Source of the DNA: Thermodesulfovibrionales bacterium
GTDB taxonomy: Bacteria; Nitrospirota; Thermodesulfovibrionia; Thermodesulfovibrionales; UBA6898
Direction of reading: 5' to 3'
Assembly (NCBI GenBank): GCA_044450345.1
Contig: JBIOIY010000009.1
Coordinates: 1-63,693 of the forward strand
Length of the DNA stretch: 63,693 nt
Of the stretch, positions 9,720 through 19,708 are shown piece by piece; position 1 is the stretch's first letter; each line of letters starts with the position of its first letter. The translations under genes were made by a program, and so were the position numbers. The notes beneath the pieces were generated by a model, which saw only the letters and a list, made by a program, of their open reading frames with translations, made no database searches and had not been told where the DNA came from.

Positions 9720-10010
9720 TCAGTGATCGGCAGGGGTCTTGACGGTCCCGGCACCGGACTTGGTGGATGTTTTATCGGTCGTCTTTTGGTCTGTGGCGGG
9801 GCGACCGGCATCGTTTTTCCCGGTTTCTTTGATCTCAGAAAGATCGAACTTCCCGCCAACGCAGAATTTGCAACCGCTCCCTACAGCAGTAGAGCCTCCT
9901 CCGTTTATGCACTCGTTCTCGGTCACTGCCATTGCAGCGGACACGAAGACGAAACTAACGGCTATGAGAAATACTGTCATAGTAATCCTGGGTATTGTCG
10001 TCTTTGTCAT
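9720..10010 (-). CDS. Small exported Cys/Gly-rich hypothetical protein
   Basis: Signal peptide ending AMA; core ECINGGG..GCKFCVGGKFD; low-complexity T/K tail; GGAG RBS. Confidence 0.6.
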   Translation of the reverse strand: MTKTTIPRITMTVFLIAVSFVFVSAAMAVTENECINGGGSTAVGSGCKFCVGGKFDLSEIKETGKNDAGRPATDQKTTDKTSTKSGAGTVKTPADH

Positions 10011-10375
10011 TCGGTTCTCCCATCATTGAAATAGATTGGGCAATTGCCGTATGCCCACTTGCCATGCACAGAAAATTAAGCTTCTCTCGTTGCCTCCTTT
10101 CTCAAGATATTTTCCGAAAAATTTCACCCGGAGGGCTTTCCGGTTTTATTTAAGAACTTCCCAAGTGAAGAATATAGTTATTCTCCGCATCACAGTACAC
10201 GTCTAAAATTATCATCGCGGTGACAGGTCTGTCAATTTAAAGTTTAAATATATAAGCAACTTTAAAATTGCAATTATCCCGGCCCGGCAAAGCCCGGGCC
10301 GGAAATACATTTTTAGCTTAGTGGCCGGTGTCCGGTGTACAGGGTAAAAGATGAGAGGGGCACGAGAAAACAAGA

Positions 10376-10399
10376 CGGGCCGGAAAGATTTCCGGCCCG
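10376..10399 (-). terminator. Hairpin downstream of the 11-heme cytochrome gene (related hairpin at ~10278-10304)
   Basis: CGGGCCGGAAA-GA-TTTCCGGCCCG. Confidence 0.5.
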
Positions 10400-10412
10400 A
10401 AGTGTAGTCTCT

Positions 10413-11411
10413 TTACGAAAGGAATTTTTTGGGGTCCCTATATTCGTGGCATTTGACGCAGTCTTTCTTGGCCTGCTCGGGAGAGACCCTCCAGGCATGA
10501 GGTTTGTGGCAGTCCTTGCACTTCATATTCATGCCCTCGATATGCATCGAATGCTTGCCCACATTCATGACGTTCTTATGGCACGTCATACAGTTGCCCC
10601 AGTTCGGCCGCGCAGTCTTGTGCGGCTTATGGCACTCGTAACAGTAGAACTGCATAGGCGCATCTTCGGGAACATTGATCTTGATCGCCTTCCTGATCGT
10701 AATTTCGTCGGGCTGGTAGTGGGTGACGTCGAGCGTCCCGCCGGCGATCAGTTCCTTCCTCACCTTCTCAGGGCCGTGGCAGAAGAGACACTTCTGCCGT
10801 CCAGGCTTAAGATCTACTGTCCTGTCGGTATGGCAGTTAAGACAGGCAAGCCCTTCCATGCCGGCCCCGTGGACCTCCCTGCCCTCGTGGCACCTGACGC
10901 AGAAACGCGGCTCGGCCGTGAACTGGTGGATATTGTATCCGTGACACTTTATACATTCTATCTGCTCCATATAATAGTGCCTTGCATGCAGCCGGGAATG
11001 GCTTATATTTTTTGCGTCAGGGTGTTTCGGGTTCTTTTCCCAATGGCACTGATAACAGATCTTCCAGGCGACAAGGATTTCCCCGTGTCTGGGCGAGACC
11101 GCTTTGACCCCCATAAAAGCGAAACGGTACATCTGGACCATCTGATCTTTTTTCGAGGCGTGGTGGCAGTCGTGGCAGCCGATGGATTTGTGCTCGCTCA
11201 CCTGCCATCTCTTGTTCGCGGCGTCATGGACGTGGCAGGTCATGCAGGCGTTCGGGTCGTGTTCAAAATAGTCGTTGATCTTGTAAGCCGTGAAGCCCAT
11301 ACCGACCATCATGGCCAGTCCGATTACGGCGATGATGACCTTCGCCATTACCGAGATACCTTCACTAAACCAATTGTAAAGCCTTCCTATAAGGCTGAAC
11401 GGATTAAACAT
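10413..11411 (-). CDS. Membrane-anchored 11-heme cytochrome c with NapC/NirT-like N-terminus
   Basis: 11 CxxCH motifs: CMTCH, CHDCH, CYQCH, CIKCH, CVRCH, CLNCH, CLFCH, CYECH, CMTCH, CKDCH, CVKCH; one N-terminal TM helix. Confidence 0.9.
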   Translation of the reverse strand: MFNPFSLIGRLYNWFSEGISVMAKVIIAVIGLAMMVGMGFTAYKINDYFEHDPNACMTCHVHDAANKRWQVSEHKSIGCHDCHHASKKDQMVQMYRFAFMGVKAVSPRHGEILVAWKICYQCHWEKNPKHPDAKNISHSRLHARHYYMEQIECIKCHGYNIHQFTAEPRFCVRCHEGREVHGAGMEGLACLNCHTDRTVDLKPGRQKCLFCHGPEKVRKELIAGGTLDVTHYQPDEITIRKAIKINVPEDAPMQFYCYECHKPHKTARPNWGNCMTCHKNVMNVGKHSMHIEGMNMKCKDCHKPHAWRVSPEQAKKDCVKCHEYRDPKKFLS

Positions 11412-11454
11412 ATAAAAGCCTCCCCTAATTTCTTCCTAAATCTTAACTTCTTCT

Positions 11455-12759
11455 TTATATTTTTTTAAGCGCTTCGTATGCTGCTCTTATGGTGCTTTCG
11501 ATGTCTTCATCGGTATGCGCGAGGGACATGAAGCCTGCTTCGAACTGCGAGGGGGCGAGGTTTACGCCTCTTTGCAGCATCTCTGAAAAAAACTTCGAGA
11601 ACTTCCTCGTGTCCGAGGTCTTTGCGGTCGTATAATCAACCACCTCTGTGTCGGTAAAATACGTGCAGAACATGCTCCCCGCCCTGTAAAAACGGGTCTT
11701 GGCGCCTGCCCTCCGGGCCGCGTCGGCAAGCCCCTTTTCGAGCAGGGACGATTTTTTCTCTATCTGCCTGTAAATGCCTTTTTTGGACAGCTCCTTTACG
11801 GTTTCGATGCCCGCAGTCATGGCAAGAGGATTGCCCGATAATGTCCCTGCCTGATACACCGGACCTTCAGGGGAAACCATCGACATGATCTCCCTCTTCC
11901 CTCCGTATGCCCCTACCGGCAGGCCTCCGCCGATCACTTTTCCGAGGCAGGTCATGTCCGGGTCGATCCCGTAAAATGCCTGCGCACCGCCGAATGAAAC
12001 CCTGAAGCCGGTCATCACCTCGTCGAATATGAGGACGATGCCGTGCTTGCGGGTAAGTTTCCGCAGTGTCTCAAGGAAGCCGGGCCTCGGAAGCACGCAT
12101 CCTATGTTGCCGACAACCGGTTCGATGATTACGCATGCGAGGGAGCGCCATTCTTTTTCTATCATGGTCTTCAATGCCGTGATGTCGTTATAGGGAAGGG
12201 TGATGGTGTTCTTTGCATAAGCCTTTGGCACGCCGGGACTGTCCGGCAGCCCGAATGTCATTGCGCCCGACCCCGCCTTTACCAGGAGACCGTCGGCATG
12301 GCCGTGGTAACAGCCTTCGAACTTGATGATCTTGTCCCTTCCCGTGAAACCCCTTGCAACTCTGATGGCGCTCATTGTCGCCTCGGTGCCGGAGTTTACC
12401 ATTCGCACCTTCTCCATAGAGGGATATCCCTTCAGCACAAGCTCTGCGAGTTCGATCTCGAGCTCGGTGGGCGCCCCGAAGCTTGTGCCTTTTTCAACGG
12501 CTTTCTTGAGGGCCTTCACTACCCGCGGATGCGCGTGGCCGAGTATCATAGGTCCCCAGGACAATACGTAGTCCAGATAAGCGTTTCCATCGGCGTCATA
12601 TATCCTCGGACCTCTCGCCTTTTCGATGAAGAGGGGATTCCCGCCGACGGCCTTGAAAGCACGGACAGGGCTGTTTACCCCGCCCGGGATGAGTGCTACA
12701 GCTCTTTTAAAAAGGGCCTTTGATTTTTCGAATTTTCTCATGGTATAAGCAAAATCCAT
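11455..12759 (-). CDS. hemL: Glutamate-1-semialdehyde 2,1-aminomutase
   Basis: [52 protein letters not shown]. Confidence 0.97.
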   Translation of the reverse strand: MDFAYTMRKFEKSKALFKRAVALIPGGVNSPVRAFKAVGGNPLFIEKARGPRIYDADGNAYLDYVLSWGPMILGHAHPRVVKALKKAVEKGTSFGAPTELEIELAELVLKGYPSMEKVRMVNSGTEATMSAIRVARGFTGRDKIIKFEGCYHGHADGLLVKAGSGAMTFGLPDSPGVPKAYAKNTITLPYNDITALKTMIEKEWRSLACVIIEPVVGNIGCVLPRPGFLETLRKLTRKHGIVLIFDEVMTGFRVSFGGAQAFYGIDPDMTCLGKVIGGGLPVGAYGGKREIMSMVSPEGPVYQAGTLSGNPLAMTAGIETVKELSKKGIYRQIEKKSSLLEKGLADAARRAGAKTRFYRAGSMFCTYFTDTEVVDYTTAKTSDTRKFSKFFSEMLQRGVNLAPSQFEAGFMSLAHTDEDIESTIRAAYEALKKI

Positions 12760-12862
12760 TTAATCTATCATAAAGAAACTTTCCCTGTCAAAAAGCGGGA
12801 AATATCGCTTCATTATGATATACAATAGAAAGCAGTAAAAACTACATTTGGAGGATATAGTA

Positions 12863-13795
12863 ATGAAAAGGATTGTGGTGAGCATCTTATGTGCGGGGCT
12901 GCTCTTTTCCTGCACGCAGAAGGCGGCGGACAAGACTATGCAGGGGCCTATTGTCGCGATGGTCGGGAGCGCCGGCATAACGCAGGCCGATTTCGAAAGG
13001 GAGATGAAATCCCTGCCCGACTACGCACAGCAGTTGTTCGAAGGTGAGGCGGGCAAGGGGAAGTTCCTTGACGAGATAATAAAAAAGGAGATCCTCTACC
13101 AGGAGGCATTGAAAAGGGGCCTCGACAAAGGCCCTGATTTCAGCAGGAAGCTCGAAGAGTTCAAGAAACTGACACTTGCCTCGGAACTTCTTGAAAAAGA
13201 GGTAATGTCCAAGAACAAGGTGACGGAACAGGAAGTGAAGGACTACTATAACAAACACAAGGATGACTTCACGACAACGAGCCAGATAAGGGCGAGTCAC
13301 ATTCTCGTAAAGACGGAGGCCGAGGCGAACAAGGTCTTGGCGAGGTTGAAAAAGGGAGAGAAGTTCGAAGAGATAGCGAAGAAGGAGTCTCTCGACACCG
13401 CGTCGGCAAAGAACGGCGGAGATATCGGGTTCTTCACGCGGGGGCAGCTGGTGCCGGAATTTGAGAAGGCCGCGGCCGGCCTCAAGGGCGGGGAGTTGAG
13501 CGGCCCTGTCAAAACAGCTTACGGTTACCATATCATCAAGGTCACGGACAGGAAAACGGGGCCCGTTGTTGAGTTCGACAGGGTCAAGGACGTTATCTTC
13601 CAGAGGCTCTCAGGGGAGAAGCAGAAAGAGGCATTCGACAACTATATCGCCGAACTCAGGAAGAATTATAAAGTAGAGATCAACAAAGACGTACTCGCAA
13701 AGATCTCCCAGGAGCCGAAAAAGGCTGAAAAGCCCCAGGCTCTCCCGGAAAAACCCTCCGACGCAAATCAGAAGAAGGAAGAGAAGAAGAAATAA
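12863..13795 (+). CDS. PrsA/PpiC-type peptidyl-prolyl isomerase lipoprotein
   Basis: Lipobox LLFSC; parvulin motifs RASHILV, GGDIGFF, GYHIIKV. Confidence 0.92.
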   Translation: MKRIVVSILCAGLLFSCTQKAADKTMQGPIVAMVGSAGITQADFEREMKSLPDYAQQLFEGEAGKGKFLDEIIKKEILYQEALKRGLDKGPDFSRKLEEFKKLTLASELLEKEVMSKNKVTEQEVKDYYNKHKDDFTTTSQIRASHILVKTEAEANKVLARLKKGEKFEEIAKKESLDTASAKNGGDIGFFTRGQLVPEFEKAAAGLKGGELSGPVKTAYGYHIIKVTDRKTGPVVEFDRVKDVIFQRLSGEKQKEAFDNYIAELRKNYKVEINKDVLAKISQEPKKAEKPQALPEKPSDANQKKEEKKK

Positions 13796-13842
13796 AGACT
13801 GATATAGTTCGAAACGAAGCGGCTCAAAGTTCTTGATTTGGG

Positions 13843-13874
13843 AAAAAGGCAGGCTGTTCAGCCTGCCTTTTTTT
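13843..13874. terminator. Bidirectional Rho-independent terminator
   Basis: AAAAAGGCAGGCTG-TT-CAGCCTGCCTTTTTT. Confidence 0.85.
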
Positions 13875-14242
13875 GCTCTGCAAATTGTCGGAAAAATCGT
13901 CGCCCCGCGCCATTCGGTTCATTTCTCTTGTTACCGATAATTGATCTGACGGGACGATAAAGTGAGCCGCTTTCGTAAAGAAAGAACTAACCTTTCTCGA
14001 ATTGTCCGATATCGCTGACACTGACGAGGCCTCACTTTCAAGAACCCTAAACTCTATCAAGATTACAATCGGAATAAAACATCGAAAAAACTTGCGGGTG
14101 AGAAGTACAGCCACAACTAAACAGTTACCAGCTCTTAATACATTTTCATCATTTCTTCATCAAAGTCGCATCGTCGGGTTTTTGCATTAGGGATAAAGTG
14201 TCTACCCGCAGGAAACACACTGCTTTGGACTATCCCGTCTCT

Positions 14243-15175
14243 CTATGTAGCCATTTGACGCAAGCCCGTAATGTTGCGTAACGGCGAGTCACCAAACAAG
14301 CGGCTGTACTCTCTGCTAAATTGTGAGGGACTTTCATAGCCGACCTGAAACGCCGCTGTTGCCGCATCCTGATTTTCGGCGAGCATCAACCGCCGCGCTT
14401 CGTTCAAACGCAACCATTTCTGGTATTGCAGCGGGCTCATGGCCGTCACCGCTCGGAAATGATGGTGGAAGGTCGACGTACTCATATTGACTTGCGTTGC
14501 GAGATGATCGATACGCAACGGCTGTGTGAAGTTACCCTTCAACCAATCGACTGCACGCGCAATCTGTTGACTCTGACTTCCAGCCGACGCCATCTGGCGC
14601 AGACGCGTACCCTGATCGCCCACAAGTAACCGGTAAAATATTTCCCGCTGGATGATCGGCGCAAGGATCGGGATGTCCTTCGGTTCATCAAGCAGGTCGA
14701 TCAAACGTTGAAAGGCGGCGAGCAGCGGAAATGTAACCTCGCCGGTCGCCATTCCACGGCTCGTTTGCTGTGGACGGGGGGGAGGCAGATTGATGTCCAC
14801 CATCAGTTGTGAAATCTCGCGCTGATCAAGTTTCAATATGAGCCCCAGGAAGGGCTTCTCCCGGCTTGCTTTGATGATCCGCACAACTGCGGGCAGATCC
14901 ACGGACGTGATTAAAAAGGTGTGTGGGTCATAAACATACGTGTCGTCTCCGAGCAGCACGCGTTTTGCACCTTGTGTGGTCAAGCAAATACTTGGCTCGT
15001 ACATGGCGCTCCCCGGCTGAGTCGGTTCATCCCGCCGAAAAAGTGACAAGCCCGTAATCGCGGTCATGATCCGGTCTGGTTTATCAGTCCATCGGGCAAT
15101 GCTCTTTGCCAAAGCCTCAATCGCAATATTCAGGCTGCTATTCTCAATTGTGCGATTCTTGGTCAGCTTATGCAT
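14243..15175 (-). CDS. AraC-family transcriptional regulator (YqhC-like)
   Basis: AraC_N-type region (QGAKRV, FLITSVDLP) plus HTH MSPLQYQK..RLNEARRLM..VGYESPSQFSREYSRLFG. Confidence 0.95.
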   Translation of the reverse strand: MHKLTKNRTIENSSLNIAIEALAKSIARWTDKPDRIMTAITGLSLFRRDEPTQPGSAMYEPSICLTTQGAKRVLLGDDTYVYDPHTFLITSVDLPAVVRIIKASREKPFLGLILKLDQREISQLMVDINLPPPRPQQTSRGMATGEVTFPLLAAFQRLIDLLDEPKDIPILAPIIQREIFYRLLVGDQGTRLRQMASAGSQSQQIARAVDWLKGNFTQPLRIDHLATQVNMSTSTFHHHFRAVTAMSPLQYQKWLRLNEARRLMLAENQDAATAAFQVGYESPSQFSREYSRLFGDSPLRNITGLRQMAT

Positions 15176-15403
15176 TGATACCTCCTTTTCTCATAATACC
15201 AAGCTTTACTTCCTCGTAACAACAAATTTATCGTGAGCTCGGACGATTAGGCAAGAAATTAACAGAATTGGTCTACCTGACTTTGGTTTTTCAGAATTAC
15301 AATAAAATCATGAGCAGGGCGGCTGACGCCTCGTTAGCTACGTAGAAGGCAATATGATACGATCTGATAAGGAAACATTGCGTTTGATAACCAAGGAGAA
15401 TAA

Positions 15404-16393
<990 letters not shown>

Positions 16394-16459
16394 GGAGCAG
16401 AAGCGGAGGGAGCCCTCGGGAGAGGACGCCCTTCAAGTGAGAACAAAATTTGGTTTAAC

Positions 16460-17539
16460 ATGGAGGAAAAAGCAATGACGATGAATGTACAAGGTTACGC
16501 AGCACAGTCCGCCAAGGATGCCTTAGCGCCATTTCGCTTTGAACGCCGCGATCCGCGGCCTGACGACGTGGCCATCGAGATACTCTACTGCGGCGTATGC
16601 CATTCTGACCTGCATACCGTCCGTAATGACTGGGTGAGCTGGTTTCCCACAACGTACCCGGTCGTGCCCGGCCATGAGATCATCGGCCGCGTAACAAGCG
16701 TCGGAAAGGATGTTAAGCGTTTCAAACCGGGCGATCATGTCGGTGTCGGTTGCATGGTCGATTCCTGTCAGAAGTGCACAGCCTGCGAACAGGGAAATGA
16801 ACAGTATTGCTCGGAGATCGCGACATTCACCTATAATCATGTTGACCGCCGTGACAAGATGCCTACCTATGGCGGGTATTCAGAGAAGATCGTGGTATCG
16901 GATAAGTTTGTGCTCAAGATTCCTGATGGGCTGGACCTGAAAGGGGCAGCGCCTCTCCTGTGCGCCGGCATCACCACCTGGTCACCGCTTCGCCACTGGA
17001 AGGTGGAGAAGGGAAGCAAGGTGGCGGTTGTCGGCCTCGGCGGACTGGGCCACATGGCGCTGAAGCTCGCGAATGCGCTGGGCGCCGATGTCACGCTGTT
17101 CACCCGTTCAGCGGGCAAAGAGAAGGACGCGCGCCGTCTGGGCGCCCACAATGTCGTGCTCTCTACCGACAAAGGCCAGATGGCATCCGTGCAGGGACGT
17201 TTCCATCTGATCATCGATACCGTGCCCTATGTCCATGACCTCAACCACTATCTGCCGACGCTGACGATCAACGGCACGCTGGTGCTTCTCGGGTACGTAG
17301 GTGATCTGGAGTCGATGCTGAGCACGGTTCCCTTGGTGATGGGGCGGAGATCGGTCGCAGGGTCCGTCATCGGAGGCATTGCCGAGACCCAGGAGATGCT
17401 CGACTTCTGCGGCAAGCATGGCATCACGTCCGATATTGAAGTGATCAAGATCCAGGATATTAATAAAGCGTACGAACGCATGCTGAAAAGCGATGTGAAA
17501 TACCGCTTTGTGATCGACATGGCATCGCTGAAAGCTTAA
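16460..17539 (+). CDS. Zn-dependent NAD(P) alcohol dehydrogenase (CAD/YahK family)
   Basis: CGVCHSD, PGHEIIG, structural Zn C..C..C.......C, GLGGLGH, KYRFVID. Confidence 0.95.
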   Translation: MEEKAMTMNVQGYAAQSAKDALAPFRFERRDPRPDDVAIEILYCGVCHSDLHTVRNDWVSWFPTTYPVVPGHEIIGRVTSVGKDVKRFKPGDHVGVGCMVDSCQKCTACEQGNEQYCSEIATFTYNHVDRRDKMPTYGGYSEKIVVSDKFVLKIPDGLDLKGAAPLLCAGITTWSPLRHWKVEKGSKVAVVGLGGLGHMALKLANALGADVTLFTRSAGKEKDARRLGAHNVVLSTDKGQMASVQGRFHLIIDTVPYVHDLNHYLPTLTINGTLVLLGYVGDLESMLSTVPLVMGRRSVAGSVIGGIAETQEMLDFCGKHGITSDIEVIKIQDINKAYERMLKSDVKYRFVIDMASLKA

Positions 17540-17555
17540 TGCCGAGGAGGTTGTT

Positions 17556-18121
17556 ATGAAAAGTGTCACGGTTTTAACCTCACAAGCATCTCCGAAGCAA
17601 ATTTTGGCGGTTGATGTGTATGGCACAGCAGTCGTGCTTGAGGAGTTTGGAAATATCATCGCGCGTGGAGGTTCCGGTGTGGTCATCGCCTGGGGGCTCT
17701 CACAAAGGAACAAAATAAGCTTCTTGCGACCACGCCAGCCGATCAGCTTTTATCGCTTCCGATGCTTCAGCTTGATCAGGTGAAGGATTCCTTGCACGCT
17801 TATCAACTTTCAAAACGCGGGAACGCTTTGCGGGTGATGGCGGAAGCCGTCAGATGGGGTAAGCGCGGAGCGCGAATCAATGCGATTAGTCCAGGGATTA
17901 TTATCACACCCCTCTCGAAAGATGAGCTGACCGGTCCTCGCGGAGAAGGTTACCGTCGCATGATTGGGCTTTGCCCCGCGGGGAGAGCGGGCACGCCTGA
18001 CGAGGTTGCCAATGTCGCAGCCCTTCTCATGGGTCCGGAAGGTACGTTTATCACGGGAAGCGATTTTCTGATGGATGGCGGAGTTACGTCTTCGTATTTC
18101 TTTGGTGAGCTTGCTCCGTGA
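17556..18121 (+). pseudogene. SDR oxidoreductase remnant (internal deletions and a frameshift)
   Basis: First frame MKSVTVL-SQASPKQILAVDVYGT..GGSGVVIA lacks the Rossmann glycine motif; a second frame continues ALTKEQNK..HAYQLSK (YxxxK)..INAISPG..FITGSDFLMDGG. Confidence 0.85.
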
Positions 18122-18147
18122 GGAGCAGCCAGAATGGAGAAAAAAAT

Positions 18148-18264
18148 ATGAATAAACAATCGAAAGATAGCAAGAGTGGAAGTACTATCAATATTGATCG
18201 TCGGAAATTTATTATTTCTGTAGCTGCGTTAGCAGCGGCGTCGATGCTCCCAAGTATAGGGTAA
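18148..18264 (+). pseudogene. Orphan Tat signal peptide, 38 aa, with no mature domain
   Basis: MNKQSKDSKSGSTINIDRRKFIISVAALAAASMLPSIG*; GGAG RBS; twin-arginine DRRKFI plus hydrophobic stretch, then stop. Confidence 0.6.
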
Positions 18265-18327
18265 AGGGGATAGTGTGAAGTCATTTTAATAAAAAAGCAA
18301 TCAAAGTAAGAGGTAATGGAGTAAATC

Positions 18328-18604
18328 ATGAGCACAAACGATCTTAGCAATAGTGTAATTTTTCCCATTGGGGAAATATTTGAAAGCGAGAATTTTAACG
18401 GAACGGTATGGCTTCATATGCTAACAACCGGCCAGGGAACTTCACGCAGGAGATGCTGTCGAGATTTCTGCCGATGTTAAGCACTGGCACGGTGCTGCAA
18501 GGGATAGTTTGTTTGTACACCTTGCAGTTGAGGTGAATCCCGAAAAAGATCCGGTAACATGGTTGGAGCATGTATCGGACGAAGATTACAATAAATTGAA
18601 GTAA
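18328..18604 (+). pseudogene. Cupin-domain protein remnant (internal deletion and frameshift)
   Basis: N-terminus MSTNDLSNSVIFPIGE..ENFNGTVWLHML; a different frame gives PARELHAGDAVEISADVKHWHGAA..HLAVE..VTWLEHVSDEDY; the first cupin His motif is missing. Confidence 0.8.
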
Positions 18605-18616
18605 GGAGGAATTCCT

Positions 18617-19363
18617 ATGTCTATCAGTGAAACAGCACAGAAGAATCATGAGGAACTGTTCCCAAATCATAAATCAACATTAAAAATAACAGATCCTGAA
18701 CTGATAGAAGTATTCGACAATTTTGCTTTTGACGAAGTGCTTAGGTATGGAAACTTGAATGCCAGAACAAGGTTAATGGTTATCTTGGGATCAATGATTG
18801 CAAGCCAGGCTTTAGGCGAATATAAAGTGATGCTCGGTGGCGCGCTGAATGTAGGTGTAACTCCGATTGAAGTGAAAGAAATTGTATATCAGGCTGTGCC
18901 TTATGTTGGAATTGCAAAAGTACTTGATTTTATCCATGTCACAAATGAAATATTGGAAAGCAAGGGAATAAAGCTGCCATTAGAAGGACAATCTACCACT
19001 TCACCGGAAACACGATTTGAAAAAGGATTGGAATTACAAAAATCAATTTTTGGAGAAATGATTGATAAAATGTATAAGGAATCACCGGCAAATCAGCTTC
19101 ATATTCAAAAATATTTATCGGCTAATTGTTTTGGTGATTATTTGACAAGAAAAGGATTAGACATAAAAACAAGAGAACTTTTAACGTTTTCCATGATCTT
19201 ATCTTTGGGTGGATGTGAGCCACAGTTAAAAGGGCATATACAAGGCAATATAAATGTTGGAAATGATAAAGAAATATTACTTAGTACTGTTACTCAATTA
19301 TTACCTTATGTGGGTTATCCAAGAACATTAAATGCGATAAGATGTATAAATGAAGCAGGGTGA
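18617..19363 (+). CDS. Carboxymuconolactone decarboxylase family protein (tandem CMD domains)
   Basis: DPELIEVFDNFAFDEV, YQAVPYVG, NCFGDY, PYVGYPRTLNA; AT-rich. Confidence 0.92.
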   Translation: MSISETAQKNHEELFPNHKSTLKITDPELIEVFDNFAFDEVLRYGNLNARTRLMVILGSMIASQALGEYKVMLGGALNVGVTPIEVKEIVYQAVPYVGIAKVLDFIHVTNEILESKGIKLPLEGQSTTSPETRFEKGLELQKSIFGEMIDKMYKESPANQLHIQKYLSANCFGDYLTRKGLDIKTRELLTFSMILSLGGCEPQLKGHIQGNINVGNDKEILLSTVTQLLPYVGYPRTLNAIRCINEAG

Positions 19364-19384
19364 CCGCTGAGCAAGTGAGGATAT

Positions 19385-19486
19385 ATGACGCCCCAACCGA
19401 CTCACGACAACCCTGAACAAAAATACGAGGTCACGCCGCTGGAGCTCGTCTTCGATGGAGAAGGCGTGAATCATTGCCGCTGCTAA
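19385..19486 (+). pseudogene. N-terminal fragment resembling low-temperature-requirement protein A (LtrA family)
   Basis: MTPQPTHDNPEQKYEVTPLELVFD then unrelated sequence; resembles the LtrA N-terminal motif VTPLELFFDL; GAGG RBS. Confidence 0.55.
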
Positions 19487-19708
19487 ATCACATTTGTTAC
19501 AAGCGGGATAAAACAGTTCTCCAAAGCCGAAACTACCGCGAATTTCAGGAAAGACATCTCCCCTTATGAGAGTCCTGCCGTTGAGACTTCCCGAAAAGTT
19601 TGCCCAAGCGTATCAGAATGAGATCAGGTCTATATTTGAGTTTTCGGAATTCTTCTGCTCTCTGGATCAAGAAATGATTTCCTTTTGTTTCTTATTTTGT
19701 CCTGACTT

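Noticed and set aside
10335..11468. 377-aa plus-strand ORF
   Set aside because: Antisense shadow of the 11-heme cytochrome gene; no motifs
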